Source of the DNA: Rosistilla oblonga
GTDB lineage: Bacteria; Planctomycetota; Planctomycetia; Pirellulales; Pirellulaceae
Assembly (NCBI RefSeq): GCF_007751715.1
Contig: NZ_CP036292.1
Coordinates: 3,849,339-3,913,338 of the forward strand
Length of the DNA stretch: 64,000 bases
Reading direction: 5' to 3'
The notes beneath the pieces are model-generated. The model was not told the DNA's origin and ran no database searches. It was given only the letters and a program-made list of their open reading frames with translations. A program made the translations under genes and the position numbers. This document shows, piece by piece, positions 52,521-63,909 of this stretch. Position 1 is the stretch's first letter, and every line of letters starts with the position of its first letter.

Positions 52521-55500
52521 TCACTCTTTGGTCATCGTTTCGTCGAGACTCAGAAGCACGCGGGAAACCAAAGTCCAAGCAGCCAGCTGGTCAACGTCGT
52601 CCGAAGCCGCTTCGGGCGATTGAACAATCTTAGCAGCATCGACTTCATCGCTCGCAATCCGCTGCCGCTGCTTGTCCAACAAGCTTTGCAATGTTTGCAA
52701 TTCGTCGGTTGTCGGCTGCCGCGCGACACAGGTTCGGAAAGCAAACCGCAACCGGCTCGTATCGTCGGCCTGCTCCGATTCGACAATTCGCTTCGCCAAT
52801 CCGATCGCGCACTCCATCGACAGCGGTTCGTTCAACAACGTCAACGCTTGCAGCGGCGTGTTCGACCGATTCCGCCGAACGCACGAAACGTTCCCCGGAT
52901 CGGCGTCGAAGGCGTCGAGCATCGGATAGGGGACGCTACGGAACCGGAATGTATAAAGTCCACGGCGATAGCGATCTACGCCCGTCGCTTCGTTCCAAGT
53001 CTTGGGGCCATAACTGGCGGGAGGCTCGAACAACAGACCAGGAGCGGGCGGGTAAACCGACGGCCCACCGAGCTGAGTGTTCAGCAATCCGCTAGCCGAC
53101 AGCGCAATGTCGCGGACGATCTCTGCATCGACGCGGAACCGCGGCCCGCGAGCGAGCAGACGGTTGTACGGATCGTCTTCATAGGAACTCGATTTTGTAT
53201 CGACCACGCCGGACGAGCCCACGTTCGACGATTGACGGTAAGTAGCCGAGGAGACGATCAACCGGTGAATCGACTTCAGTTGCCAATCGTTCTCCATCAA
53301 CTCAACAGCCAACCAGTCCAGCAGTTCGCGATGCGATGGCGGGGCGCTTTGCAAACCGAAGTCGTCGCTTGTCTCGACGAGTCCGATTCCAAAGTAAGCT
53401 TGCCAGATTCGATTCACGATCGAACGGGCGGTCGTCGGGGATCGCTTGTCGACCAACCAACGGGCAAACGTCATTCGAGTTGCGGGAGCCGATGGATCCA
53501 GTGGGTGTAGAAACTCCGGCACGCCAGGTTCCACGGCCTGCTTGGGGCTAAGAAAGTCGCCTCGATCGAGGATCGATGTCTTCCGCTTGGCAAGCCGCTC
53601 CTCCAACACCAATTGGTTCGTTCCTTCGGGGTAGCTCTTCCACAACGCTTCGATCTTTGCGTTAGCATCGGCCCAGTCGGCGACTGTCGTTCGCCAGTAG
53701 CTGAACGCAACCGCCAGTTGTTCCGGTGTGTCGAGCTTTACCGGATCGGACAGTATCTCGCGGACCGCATGGGGTACGGGATCAGCGACCGGCGCCGCGT
53801 CGGTCGTCAACGAAAACCGATAGCGTCCCATCAGACAATTGTGGTTGTCATCGCTGTTCCAACCGCCATGCCGCATCTCGGGCTGGATCGTCAGCACGGT
53901 TCCTTGCGGAAACCCAACCGGTTGCTCGAAGACAAAGACCGCCTTCCGTGGTTGGTTCCGTCGACCGGGGTCGAGATCGGTGCTCCACGCCGTTTTCTTA
54001 TCCCCATCGATGGCATACGCGATCGGCCCGGTGACACGTTTGTCGCCACCTTTGGCCCTGATATTGATCAGGTAATCCGGTTGCGGTGCTTCCGCCGGAT
54101 TGACGTCGGCGGTCGCGGAAACGATCTTCACCTTGGTCCGCTTCTCGGGCTGATCCAACGGAGCGACATAGACTGTCATCTCCGTCAGCGCTGCCGTCCC
54201 GCGAACCGAACGCCCCGGACCACGTCGCGGCAATTGAGGATGCGTCAGCAATTCGACTCGGATCGCGCTGATCTTTTCCGCGGTGGTCGTCATCCCAAAT
54301 TGAGGTGCCGAGTTGGCCGGTGCGTAACTCTCGCTGACGATCGACGAATCGTCGAGCACGCGAAACTTCTGTCCTTCGTACGGGATGTCGCTAGGCGTAA
54401 GGACTTGCCAATCGCCAACCGATTTTTGCGAATCGGCAGCCCACACTTGCAGTTGCTCCCGCCAATCGGGCATCGATGCTTTCAGCTCCGACTCGATCGC
54501 TGCGATCTCCGCCTCGATCGAATCGATCCGCTGCTGCTCGTCAGGTGTGTAGACGGGGATGATCGCGTCGTAGGTGTTGTTCAAAAAGGCAAACATCCGG
54601 TAGTAGCCTTCGTGCGTCAACGGATCGTATTTATGCGTGTGGCATTGGGCACATTGAGTCGTCAGCCCCAAGATGCTCTTGCCGATCGCATCCATCCGGT
54701 CGAACATCCCTTCCATCCGGAATTGCTCCGGGTCGGCGCCCCCCTCTTCGTTGACCATCGAGTTCCGCAGAAAACCGGTGGCGACAAGATTCGCTTGCGT
54801 CGCATCGGGCATCAGATCCCCCGCGATCTGTTGCACGATGAAATCGTCGTAGGGCATATTCCGATTCAACGCGTCGACGACCCAATCGCGATAGAACCAC
54901 ATTTGACGCGGGGCGTCTTTTTCGTAGCCGTTCGAATCGGCGTAACGGGCCGCGTCCAACCAGATCCTTCCCCAACGTTCACCAAAATGAGGCGAGTTAA
55001 GGAGCCGCTCGATCTGCGTTTCAAAGGCACCGGGCGATCGATCGGCCACAAACGCATCGACCTCCGAGATCGTCGGTGGCAAGCCGATCAAATCGAGACT
55101 CAACCGACGCAACCACGTCACACGGTCCGCTTCGGGAGAAGGCAGAATTCCTTCTTTCTTCAGTCGCTGCAAAACAAACGCGTCGATCGGATTGCGGATC
55201 CAATTGCGAATCGCTTCAGAACTCGTGGCTTGCGTGTCGGCAGACGCGTCCGTTGTGAAAGGCTTTGCCGAATCGACGGCGAAGGGTACCGCGGGGCGTG
55301 TCGGCGGAACAAAAGCCCAGTGCTGTTCGTATCGGGCCCCCTCAGCGATCCAATTTTGCAGCAACTCGATTTCCTGATCCGTCAACGGTTTGCCGGTACC
55401 CGCCGGCGGCATCTGCAGGTCGGGATCGTCCGAAAGGATCCGCGCTACCAATTCGCTCTCCTCCGGTTTGCCGGGGACGATCGTCGACGAATCAGCTGGC

Positions 55501-55718
55501 GGCGCGATGTCCAACCGCAGATCGGCTTCGCGATGTTCGGGATCGGGACCGTGACAGGCAAAACATTTATCGGCCAGGATCGGACGGATATCGCGTCCGA
55601 AATCGATAGCCTGTTCCGTTCCGCCAGCGGACAACAAACTCGAGCAACATGCGACAAGCAGCGTGAGATAACGGAGCACGGGTTTACCTGATGGGAGGCG
55701 AGCGTTTAGTGATCGCAT
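52521..55718 (-). CDS. PSCyt / DUF1549 / DUF1553 domain protein
   Basis: The PSCyt motif is '[19 protein letters not shown]'. The DUF1549 motif is '[23 protein letters not shown]'. The DUF1553 motif is '[19 protein letters not shown]'. A signal peptide is present. Confidence 0.85.
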   Translation of the reverse strand: MRSLNARLPSGKPVLRYLTLLVACCSSLLSAGGTEQAIDFGRDIRPILADKCFACHGPDPEHREADLRLDIAPPADSSTIVPGKPEESELVARILSDDPDLQMPPAGTGKPLTDQEIELLQNWIAEGARYEQHWAFVPPTRPAVPFAVDSAKPFTTDASADTQATSSEAIRNWIRNPIDAFVLQRLKKEGILPSPEADRVTWLRRLSLDLIGLPPTISEVDAFVADRSPGAFETQIERLLNSPHFGERWGRIWLDAARYADSNGYEKDAPRQMWFYRDWVVDALNRNMPYDDFIVQQIAGDLMPDATQANLVATGFLRNSMVNEEGGADPEQFRMEGMFDRMDAIGKSILGLTTQCAQCHTHKYDPLTHEGYYRMFAFLNNTYDAIIPVYTPDEQQRIDSIEAEIAAIESELKASMPDWREQLQVWAADSQKSVGDWQVLTPSDIPYEGQKFRVLDDSSIVSESYAPANSAPQFGMTTTAEKISAIRVELLTHPQLPRRGPGRSVRGTAALTEMTVYVAPLDQPEKRTKVKIVSATADVNPAEAPQPDYLINIRAKGGDKRVTGPIAYAIDGDKKTAWSTDLDPGRRNQPRKAVFVFEQPVGFPQGTVLTIQPEMRHGGWNSDDNHNCLMGRYRFSLTTDAAPVADPVPHAVREILSDPVKLDTPEQLAVAFSYWRTTVADWADANAKIEALWKSYPEGTNQLVLEERLAKRKTSILDRGDFLSPKQAVEPGVPEFLHPLDPSAPATRMTFARWLVDKRSPTTARSIVNRIWQAYFGIGLVETSDDFGLQSAPPSHRELLDWLAVELMENDWQLKSIHRLIVSSATYRQSSNVGSSGVVDTKSSSYEDDPYNRLLARGPRFRVDAEIVRDIALSASGLLNTQLGGPSVYPPAPGLLFEPPASYGPKTWNEATGVDRYRRGLYTFRFRSVPYPMLDAFDADPGNVSCVRRNRSNTPLQALTLLNEPLSMECAIGLAKRIVESEQADDTSRLRFAFRTCVARQPTTDELQTLQSLLDKQRQRIASDEVDAAKIVQSPEAASDDVDQLAAWTLVSRVLLSLDETMTKE

Positions 55719-55965
55719 TAAGCGCGAACATCAATGCTGAAAGGTGGTAGGAAGCTGAAAGGTTGGGCTGACTGTAGAGTTCCTATTCCAACTAGTTGCC
55801 GGAGGTCCGAACCCGCGTGGGGCGTTCCGGTAAGCCCTCCCCGAAAAACTCGCTGAAGGCTCGTTTATCGACCCTCCCACGGCAAGCCGTGGGAGGGTGA
55901 AGTGCGTCGACAGGCACAACCACACCAGCATACACGATTGGAACCACAGTGTCGCCGAATCGCGC

Positions 55966-57921
55966 TCAGCGAACCATCGCTTGGATCCGCAGATATTCGC
56001 CGTACGACCAGGCTTGGAATGGGCAGCCGCGCGGGGTGTGAGGCGGTTCGGCGTCGGCGACTTCGCTGATATGCCCCTGCCCCGCCTGTTGCAAATGTTC
56101 CTGCAACGGTTGCAAGAACCTTTGCTTTGCCTGCGATTTGGCGGCTGCCGAGCCACCGTGGACTTTCAACCATGCTTCGACAAACGGGCCCATCAACCAC
56201 GGCCAGACCGTCCCTTGATGATACGCAGCATCGCGAGTTCGCAGGTCGCCTTGATATCGCGGCTTGTAATCGGGATGACCGGGGGCGAGCGATCTCAGGC
56301 CGATGGGAGTGAGCAAGCGAGCTTCGACCGCTTCGACCACGCGGCGGCACTTTTCGTTGTCCAACAGCGCGATCGGAAGCCCGCCGGCGGCAAAGATCTG
56401 GTTGGGACGAAACGCCGCGTCGACGCTTCCCGATACGTGGTCGAGATCGACAATATCGTGAAGGTACCCGTCGGCTTCGTTCCAGAACTTTTCAGTAAAC
56501 GATGCTTGGGCGATTTCCAGCTGCGCACGCCGATCGCGGTCGTAACGGCTTGCAAAGGCGAGGGCGTTGATCCAAAGGGCTTGGATTTCGACCGGCTTGC
56601 CGATCCGCGGGGTGACGACCCAGTCGCCGACTTTGGCATCCATCCAAGTCAGCTGCACGCCCGGCTCTCCCGCCGCGATCAAACCATCGTCGTCCATTCG
56701 GATGCCGTAGCGTGTCCCTGCGGTATATCCATCCAAGATCGCATCGATGGCGGCCAACATACGGGTCGTCTCTTCATGCGGAAGCCCTCGATTTTCGCGG
56801 CGGTGAGCGTCGAAGCTCTCTTTAACCGCCACGATGTACCACATCGAAGCATCGCCTGCGTTGTATTCGGGCGTGTCGCCGCGATCGGGAAACCGGTTGG
56901 GGAGCATCCCTTGCGAAACGGTCTCGGACCACAACAACAAGATCCGATGGGCGATCGCGAGCCGAGCGGGCGACGTCAAACAGAGACCTCGGAGGGCGAT
57001 GAACGTATCGCGTCCCCAGTCGCCGAACCACGGATAACCGGCGATCACCGAAGCCCCTTCGCCACGCTTGACGATGTAAGAACGAACGGTCTCCACTTCC
57101 GGCCCCGATTGTTCGCGGCGGTGACGTTCCTTCTGCGCGATCGCTGCGAAACAGTCCTCCGCCGAAAGGCCCTCGTTTTCCGAAAGCTTACTCATCGGCT
57201 GATCGGCCGACAGTAAAAGGTAAGCGTCTTGCGGATTCAAGTCCCAATGGAACTCACCCGGTGTGGCAAGGTCTTCCAAGTCGTCGAGGCCACGCTCCCG
57301 TTCGGCTGAATAAAGGAAGCCGTAGTACCAATCGGGCGCTTCGACAAACCGAGCGTTCGCTTGGGCGTGGATCGATGGCAAGTCGAGATAGGGTTGCCAT
57401 GAGAGCGAACCGGCCGCGCGATACGTCGTCGAATCGAAATCAGGATTTGCGCGATGTAACGCGTGGAAATCGCGTCCCGAGAGGAAAGGACGCACGCGTA
57501 GTGCAAGTCCACGTCGCGGTCCCTCCACTCGCCAACGCATGGCTACGCCAGGCAGCCCCTCGGGAACGAACAGCTCTTGGACGATCGTGACCGCCTCGTT
57601 GATCTCAAATCGCCACGTCGGCCACGGATCGATCGAAAACGATTCCAGCCGTTTGCCACCGTCGGGCGAACGGACATCGCCGCGATAGTACTGCGTCGAG
57701 ATCGGATACTCCCCGTCGGGCGTTTCCACCACGACGTCGATACCGTTGACAAGCACCACGCGCTCGGCAGGCGGCTTTTCCGCGACTAACAGCAACGCGT
57801 GGTAGCGACGCGTCCGTTGACCGCAGACCGTTCCGGAAGCGAAGCCGCCGAGCCCATCGGTCTCGAGCCATTCGGAGAGATCGCGGTCGTCATCAACTGT
57901 CATCACAGCACCGCCATTCAA
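55966..57921 (-). CDS. Glycogen debranching enzyme family protein (amylo-alpha-1,6-glucosidase, GDE_N_bis + GDE_C). An alternative start is at 57903.
   Basis: The N-terminal domain is 'WLETDGLGGFASGTVCGQRTRRYHALLL'. The C-terminal (alpha/alpha)6 barrel has the motifs 'AGYPWFGDWGRDTFIALRGL', 'WMDAKVGDWVVTPRIGKPVEIQALW' and 'QGTVWPWLMGPF'. Confidence 0.85.
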   Translation of the reverse strand: MNGGAVMTVDDDRDLSEWLETDGLGGFASGTVCGQRTRRYHALLLVAEKPPAERVVLVNGIDVVVETPDGEYPISTQYYRGDVRSPDGGKRLESFSIDPWPTWRFEINEAVTIVQELFVPEGLPGVAMRWRVEGPRRGLALRVRPFLSGRDFHALHRANPDFDSTTYRAAGSLSWQPYLDLPSIHAQANARFVEAPDWYYGFLYSAERERGLDDLEDLATPGEFHWDLNPQDAYLLLSADQPMSKLSENEGLSAEDCFAAIAQKERHRREQSGPEVETVRSYIVKRGEGASVIAGYPWFGDWGRDTFIALRGLCLTSPARLAIAHRILLLWSETVSQGMLPNRFPDRGDTPEYNAGDASMWYIVAVKESFDAHRRENRGLPHEETTRMLAAIDAILDGYTAGTRYGIRMDDDGLIAAGEPGVQLTWMDAKVGDWVVTPRIGKPVEIQALWINALAFASRYDRDRRAQLEIAQASFTEKFWNEADGYLHDIVDLDHVSGSVDAAFRPNQIFAAGGLPIALLDNEKCRRVVEAVEARLLTPIGLRSLAPGHPDYKPRYQGDLRTRDAAYHQGTVWPWLMGPFVEAWLKVHGGSAAAKSQAKQRFLQPLQEHLQQAGQGHISEVADAEPPHTPRGCPFQAWSYGEYLRIQAMVR

Positions 57922-58053
57922 AAGGAGCCGGGTATGCAGAGCCGGATAGGAATGGTCACACTACAAGAATCCCACTCCACTTTTCCGCTGCAAATACGCA
58001 ATCACCTGCGGGCTCGCCAGCAGACCTTACCTTCGCAATCGATCTGATCCGAA

Positions 58054-59148
58054 CTACTTCGCCGTGGCTGAGAGGTCTTCGATCTGCTCATCGCCCCGCA
58101 TCGAGATCGTTTGTACTTCTGCTGCGTCGAGATCAACTTTTGTGATGTCGACCATTCGAATCTGGCTGTTCTCCAACGTGCGGAAATAGAACCGACCGTT
58201 TTTCAGATCGGCGACGCTGGTCCAAAGCGTGCGGTCAAAGACACGATGCCCGCCTTCGACACCCGCGGCGGCACCGACTGGAATATCGAACGCGTTCAAA
58301 ATATGAAAGGCTTGCAATACACCCGCCTTGGCATCAGCGGACTGCAGAGCGGTCTGCGAATAGGCGACGGCGCGAACGAACCGCGATGGCGGCGTAAAGT
58401 CGCCGGGCAGCCCCAGCATGCCGCTCCCCTGTCCGAGGCTGGCGATCTGTTTTCCAGCGAGATCGATATTCGATTTATTCTCGGGGGAAAGTGTCATGTA
58501 GTTACTGAGATTCGTAACGTGCCAATCGAACGCGGGCGAATTGGTGATCACGCCAAACGGGTTTTGGTGAACCTTCAGTTCCCCATCGACATGCTCCAGC
58601 ACAAAACAGTTGCCAGCGGCGTCGGAGACGATGAAGTGCGCCGGAGGTACGATTCCCATCTCCTTTTGCACCGCGTCGCCGACGAGAACTTTACCGGCCG
58701 CCGCGACGGCTTCGTTCGCGTTTGCGCAGGTTCCCAGCAGATAGGTACCGAATTCCCAAGGGGCCAACGATTTCTCGAAGTCCTGTTTTTCGACCGTTTG
58801 GTACTTCGCAAAACCTGGGAAATAGAAGAGCCCGACGTGCAGCCCCTTCTCATTGATTCCATCGATGATGTAAGGGAGATCGACCGCATTGGCACCGATC
58901 GTTCCATATTTCGTGGTCCAACGCAGACCGGGCTGATTCCCAGGCGCCGTTCCGACGTATTCCTTGCCGCGTGGAACGACGATCACGTTCGACTTCAGAT
59001 CGGTAGCAAACTCCAAAGTCCGGGCGAAGATCACGGAACCATCCTTTGGAGAAAGCGTGATCCCCGTGCAGGCGGGAGCGGGTGAAGCCGAGAGGATGGA
59101 TAACGCGACAAGCGCGCAGCAAGCAGTGATGTTCCAGAAAGACTTCAA
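58054..59148 (-). CDS. Choloylglycine hydrolase / penicillin V acylase family Ntn-hydrolase (linear amide C-N hydrolase), secreted
   Basis: The signal peptide ends '...SILSASPAPACTGITLSPKDGSVIFARTLEF'. A Cys immediately followed by T-G-I matches the N-terminal nucleophile Cys of CGH/PVA enzymes. Confidence 0.75.
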   Translation of the reverse strand: MKSFWNITACCALVALSILSASPAPACTGITLSPKDGSVIFARTLEFATDLKSNVIVVPRGKEYVGTAPGNQPGLRWTTKYGTIGANAVDLPYIIDGINEKGLHVGLFYFPGFAKYQTVEKQDFEKSLAPWEFGTYLLGTCANANEAVAAAGKVLVGDAVQKEMGIVPPAHFIVSDAAGNCFVLEHVDGELKVHQNPFGVITNSPAFDWHVTNLSNYMTLSPENKSNIDLAGKQIASLGQGSGMLGLPGDFTPPSRFVRAVAYSQTALQSADAKAGVLQAFHILNAFDIPVGAAAGVEGGHRVFDRTLWTSVADLKNGRFYFRTLENSQIRMVDITKVDLDAAEVQTISMRGDEQIEDLSATAK

Positions 59149-59380
59149 GCGGACGACTCCTAAGCTTTGAGTTTGGTGTTGGGCTGGTTGCTTCCGAGAT
59201 GGAAGCCTTCGACATTGTCAGGAGCGCGTCGGCATACGGACGCTACTCCCAGTCAATCTACCTTACCAATCCGCCGGTGGCGGACTTCAACACACGTCGT
59301 CCTCGAAGTCGCCCAGGCATAGCTACCTGGCCGACTTCGCAAGTGTTTGCTCCCACGTAACCGAGGCAGCGGCGCGTCGA

Positions 59381-60652
59381 TCAATCTTCGACGCAGGTTT
59401 CCAGGAAGCGAGCGAGCTTGTAGAAGTCGCTGTCGCCTTCGATAAATCGCACCTTGGTAACCAGAGTCTTAGGATCGACCAAGTTATCAAATGGGACGAA
59501 GTGAAGGTCGAGTTGTCCGGAGACCGAAACCATCACGCCATTGAGTTTTTCTTCTTTCAATGCACGGTAAGCACCAACACCAAGCTGCGATCCGAGCATC
59601 ACGTCAAATGCGTGAGGGGGAGCACAACGGCATTCGTAACCGAGTTGCAGACCGTTGACTTTGCGGGTCTTACCGGTCCGTTCTTCGTAACGGCGGGTCA
59701 GCAGGCCAGAAATCATCGCACCGAGATTGATCTGCGAGATCGCGATGTGGCCGTGTTCGTCGCGATCGATACCCTCGAGATTTTTGCTCGGCAGGAATTC
59801 AGCCAGCCCCTCGGCGATCACGATCACTCCATACTCGCGGCCCTGACGTTCGCGAGCCAACATCATATCGACCATGCGATCGATGACCCGGTCGATTTCC
59901 ATCACCGGCCGTGTTTCGCCAGTTTCCGCGTTGATAACTTCTTCGCCACGCAGACTGCCTGCGATGTCTTCGACGCTCAGCACCATACTGGCTTCGCCGG
60001 CGATTGCTGCACCGTATGCCAACCAGCCAGCACTGCGGCCCATCGCTTCGCAGATAAAGTAGGCGCGGCCCGCGGACGCGTCGTAGTTGAGGTTGCGAAT
60101 CTCTTCGGCCAAGGTTTCGACAGCGGTGAAATAGCCGAAAGTGAAGTCGATTCCCATGTAATCGTTGTCGATCGTCTTAGGCAGGTGAACGACAGGAAAC
60201 TTCTTGGCGTCTTCTGGCAGCCGATCCTGGAACATCTTGATCTTATTGGCGGTCTTCAGCGTGTCGTCGCCTCCGATGGAGATCAACGCATCGACCCCCA
60301 TGGAAACCAAGCCTTCGTAAACGCGGCGTAGCGGAGCCGAGAGTTCGGCGTCATCGAGATGCTCTGGACTCGAAACGTGTTTGCCGGGGTTGGTCCGCGC
60401 TGTACCGATCATGATCCCCCGGCTGGTTCGCGCGTGCGCGAGCATCTCGTGGGTGAACTTGATGTAGTCGACGCCTTCACGCATCGGTCCGGAAGCTGTG
60501 TATTCAGCTAAGCGGCTGTAACCATGCTTGATCCCATAAACCTCGATACCTTCCTTCATAAACGACGAGGCAGCGGTTGCGATCACGGAATTGGCAGCAG
60601 GTGCGGGACCGCCAGCAAACAAGATGGCGACGCGTTTAATTTCTTGAGTCAT
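59381..60652 (-). CDS. pfp: Pyrophosphate-dependent 6-phosphofructokinase. The ORF is open to 60766.
   Basis: 'KRVAILFAGGPAPAANSVI', 'LISIGGDDTLKTANKI', 'VVHLPKTIDNDYMGIDFTFGYFTAVE' and 'MGRSAGWLAYGAAIAGEA' are present. This type of PFK is common in Planctomycetes. Confidence 0.88.
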   Translation of the reverse strand: MTQEIKRVAILFAGGPAPAANSVIATAASSFMKEGIEVYGIKHGYSRLAEYTASGPMREGVDYIKFTHEMLAHARTSRGIMIGTARTNPGKHVSSPEHLDDAELSAPLRRVYEGLVSMGVDALISIGGDDTLKTANKIKMFQDRLPEDAKKFPVVHLPKTIDNDYMGIDFTFGYFTAVETLAEEIRNLNYDASAGRAYFICEAMGRSAGWLAYGAAIAGEASMVLSVEDIAGSLRGEEVINAETGETRPVMEIDRVIDRMVDMMLARERQGREYGVIVIAEGLAEFLPSKNLEGIDRDEHGHIAISQINLGAMISGLLTRRYEERTGKTRKVNGLQLGYECRCAPPHAFDVMLGSQLGVGAYRALKEEKLNGVMVSVSGQLDLHFVPFDNLVDPKTLVTKVRFIEGDSDFYKLARFLETCVED

Positions 60653-61194
60653 TGAAAGGATGCCTGAATCGGTTCGATGGGTGAATTGAGGATTAGAAAA
60701 GGGCAACGGGTTCGCTGGCAGACCAGCTGGAGGGCTAGATTCTAAGGCGCACAGCCAAATCAGCAACGCCCGTTCCGCTGATGACCAACGACAACGCCGT
60801 TCCGTAGTTTGGGGGAACTACGACGCGGCGACGCTGCAACGGTGGGGAAGCCCTTGCGAGGGCTATCCGAGAGATAGACTAACTACCCACTACGGCGACC
60901 GAGGCTGTCACCACCGGAAGGGGCCGTCCTGCAGGCCGTTTCGGGGGAGTCCTAATTGTCTTGTAAAGGTCAATATTCGCACGAACGAACCAGAAAATCG
61001 ATACAGATAGCCTGGCCAACGCAGGAGTCGCCGCTAATCAACTTCTCCTACCAAATTTTAAGTCAAGGACTTGGGTATATGTACACCAGCCGTATAAGAT
61101 GGCTGCACGGACCTCGTCAAGCTTGGCTCCGTACTCTCATCTGCAGGTCGGAACCGACCACTGCCCACCAATTCACGCTAAACGGCTGCGAATA

Positions 61195-63771
61195 ATGAAT
61201 CAAATGGATCCATCAATGAACCCGCTGGGCGGGCATCACGAAGTGCCGACGTTTGATTACGTTGGGATGCTCTGGCGTCGGAAGTGGTTGCTAACATTTG
61301 GTGCTCTTCTAGGCGTCGGACTCGGGTATTTGTGGTACACCAAGCAGGCACCTGTCTATCAATCGACTGCCGAAGTTCAGATCACAACTCCCAACGCAGC
61401 AAATAGCCTGCCGATGGAGGGAATCGAGTACCAAGCGTTCAACAATCCGCTGGCTGATGAAATCCGCGTCATCCGCAGCGAGCTGGTATTGCGAGATGCG
61501 GCTGAAATGGGCGAGTTGAGCAAGACGAAGACGTTCGCCGGAATGTCGAACGACCAGATCGCTTCGGTGCTATCGAGCAGCCGCGAACTGATTCTCGCCC
61601 CGATCAATGACAATATGTCCGGGAACGTAATCACGGTTTCCTTCTCCTGCAACGATCCCAACGAAACACAACGCGTGGTGCAATCTGTCGTCGATGCCTA
61701 CGCGAAATATCTACAGAGCATGCATCGTAACGTCGGCGAAGAGACGCTGACCTACATCGACGAGGCACGCGGTGATGTCCTCAAACGACTGCAAGAGTTG
61801 GAACGCGAATACGACAAGTTCAAGCAGACCACATTACTCGTAAACCGCGGTGGTACTCGGACCAGCGTTCACCGCGAAAATGCGGACAAGTTGTTGGCAG
61901 AAAAGCAGAAGCTGAGCATGGAGCGGACGACTCTGTTCGGTCAACACCAAGCTATCAGTCAAGCAGTGGAAGCCAAACAAGAACCCGAAGCCATTCTGGC
62001 GATGCTGAAACAGGCATTGGGTGAATCATTGCTTCCTGAAGAGGAACAAGAGGACGGAGCCGAACTGTTTACGGCGAGGCGAACCGACAAACTTGCTCGT
62101 CCTGTTCAGAAACGTTCCGAGATGATGCGCCAAGACCAGCTGTTCCCGTTAAAGCTGAAGGAACAGGAGCTGATGGGATCGTTTGCACCTTCGCATCCGG
62201 CAGTCGCTTCGCTACGAATCAAGATCCGTGGTGTCGAGCAATTGATCGCGGAAGTCGAAGCGAGCGAACGAAGGCTCGAAATCGAGATGCAAAAAGAACT
62301 CGACGAACTGCAAGCTGAGGCGGAACGTGAGGCGGCGCTGCGAGCTGGAACCGAAGACACGCCCGAAGACGAATTGTTGGCTCTCCAGCGTCAGGTAAAC
62401 GTTCGCCTTGTCGCATTGGACCAAGGCCTGAAATCGCTCGACCAACAACTCGCAGCGATCAGCGACGCATACAACAGCGAACGCGAACAAGCTCGCATCG
62501 AAGAGGGCGCCGAGATCAAGGCTGCTGGTTTTGAACGGGACATCAGTCGCCAACGCGAACTTTACGAACGGATCGTCGCCCGCTTCGATGAACTGAACAT
62601 CGTGTCGGAAATCGATGGTCGCCGCGTCTCCGAATTGAACTCTCCGAAAAAGGGCTGGCAGGTTGCGCCGACGCTGTCTCGTAATCTCGCGATGGGATGC
62701 TTCTTAGGACTACTAGGAGCCGGCGGGATCGGATACCTATTAGAATGGTCCGACAAATCGTATCACAGTCCCGACGAGATCGCCGAACACCTGCGTATGC
62801 CAGTGATCGGACATATCCCTGCGGTTCGCCCCGACATGGAGAAGGTCAAGGCGATGAAGTCTCAACTGGACCCCAGTCTGTGCACCTACTTTCAGCCGCG
62901 CAGCACGTTCTGCGAAGCTTATCGCGCGATCCGCACCGCTCTTTACTTCAGCAATCAGAAGCGAGATGGCGTTAACAAGGTGATCCAAGTGACCAGTGCC
63001 GTTCCATCAGACGGTAAGTCGACGATCACCGCGAACCTCGCCGTTGCAACCGCTCAGGCTGGCAAGAACGTTCTGCTGATCGACTGCGACTTCCGCCGTC
63101 CCCGCGTTCACCAGCTGTTTAAACTGGAATCGAAACGTGGTGTGGCGTGGATGGTGCAGAACATGCCCAATGATCCTCGCCAATCGGCTGCCGATTTGGT
63201 CGGTGAAGCGATTCAGGAAACCGAGATCCCCAATCTCTCCGTGATGCCTTGTGGCGAGCGGCCAGCCAATCCGGCGGAACTGCTTTCGTCGCCCAAATTC
63301 GATCAAATGCTGACGCTGTTGAAAGAGAAGTTCGATCTGATTTTGATCGACTCGCCGCCGATGCTTGCTGTTACGGATCCGAGCAACATTGCCGGCCGCG
63401 TTGACGGAGTGATCCTGGTGATTCGAATTCGCAAGGTGATCCGCCCGATGGCCGTCCGCGCTTCGCGAATGCTCGAAACGCTGGGAGCAAACGTGTTGGG
63501 CGTGGTCGTCAATGGTGTCGGCAGTCGCGAGGCTTATGGTTACGGATCGAAGTACTATCGCTCGCGCACCAATTACTACACCGGCGACCACTATCGCTCC
63601 GGCTATGGCTATTCCTACGGCAACAGCTACGGCACCGGCGACAATTACGAGTACAGCAACTATTACGAGGATACGACCGACGACACGCCGATCGTCGACT
63701 CGACAGCTAACCTCGGTGGCAACGATTCCGCGGGGCATGCATCCGCGGCGGGCAGCGGTCGCTCGGTGTAG
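61195..63771 (+). CDS. Polysaccharide co-polymerase / tyrosine autokinase (Wzc/GumC-like, PCP-2a) with an extended Tyr/Gly/Ser-rich C-terminal tail. The ORF is open from 61099.
   Basis: The N-terminal TM is 'LLTFGALLGVGLGYLWY'. The Wzz motif is 'VYQSTAEVQIT'. A long periplasmic coiled coil follows. The second TM is 'LAMGCFLGLLGAGGIGYLL'. Walker A is 'VIQVTSAVPSDGKSTITANLA'. Walker B is 'DLILIDSPPMLAVTD'. The tail is 'YGYGSKYYRSRTNYYTGDHYRSGYGYSYGNSYGTGDNYEYSNYYEDT'. Confidence 0.85.
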   Translation: MNQMDPSMNPLGGHHEVPTFDYVGMLWRRKWLLTFGALLGVGLGYLWYTKQAPVYQSTAEVQITTPNAANSLPMEGIEYQAFNNPLADEIRVIRSELVLRDAAEMGELSKTKTFAGMSNDQIASVLSSSRELILAPINDNMSGNVITVSFSCNDPNETQRVVQSVVDAYAKYLQSMHRNVGEETLTYIDEARGDVLKRLQELEREYDKFKQTTLLVNRGGTRTSVHRENADKLLAEKQKLSMERTTLFGQHQAISQAVEAKQEPEAILAMLKQALGESLLPEEEQEDGAELFTARRTDKLARPVQKRSEMMRQDQLFPLKLKEQELMGSFAPSHPAVASLRIKIRGVEQLIAEVEASERRLEIEMQKELDELQAEAEREAALRAGTEDTPEDELLALQRQVNVRLVALDQGLKSLDQQLAAISDAYNSEREQARIEEGAEIKAAGFERDISRQRELYERIVARFDELNIVSEIDGRRVSELNSPKKGWQVAPTLSRNLAMGCFLGLLGAGGIGYLLEWSDKSYHSPDEIAEHLRMPVIGHIPAVRPDMEKVKAMKSQLDPSLCTYFQPRSTFCEAYRAIRTALYFSNQKRDGVNKVIQVTSAVPSDGKSTITANLAVATAQAGKNVLLIDCDFRRPRVHQLFKLESKRGVAWMVQNMPNDPRQSAADLVGEAIQETEIPNLSVMPCGERPANPAELLSSPKFDQMLTLLKEKFDLILIDSPPMLAVTDPSNIAGRVDGVILVIRIRKVIRPMAVRASRMLETLGANVLGVVVNGVGSREAYGYGSKYYRSRTNYYTGDHYRSGYGYSYGNSYGTGDNYEYSNYYEDTTDDTPIVDSTANLGGNDSAGHASAAGSGRSV

Positions 63772-63909
63772 CGACCCGCGTCGGGAAACGGCAAAACGGT
63801 TGTGTCATTGCACAACCGCACGCGGTACAATAGCCCTAGCCTTCCCATGTGACGATGGTGACGGGCTGACTACGAATCGCCGATTCCCCCTCCTGCCCCG
63901 CGTGTTGCC

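Noticed and set aside
53613-55691. 692-aa ORF on the + strand
   Set aside because: It is antisense to the DUF1549/DUF1553 gene (52521-55718). It is an Arg/Gly-rich composition artefact.
58111-60331. 324-aa and 276-aa ORFs on the + strand
   Set aside because: They are antisense to the CGH-family hydrolase and to the PPi-PFK respectively. The sense-strand genes have strong motif support.
63007-63738. 243-aa ORF on the - strand
   Set aside because: It is antisense to the Wzc kinase domain and tail. It is a Val/Ala/Gly-rich artefact.
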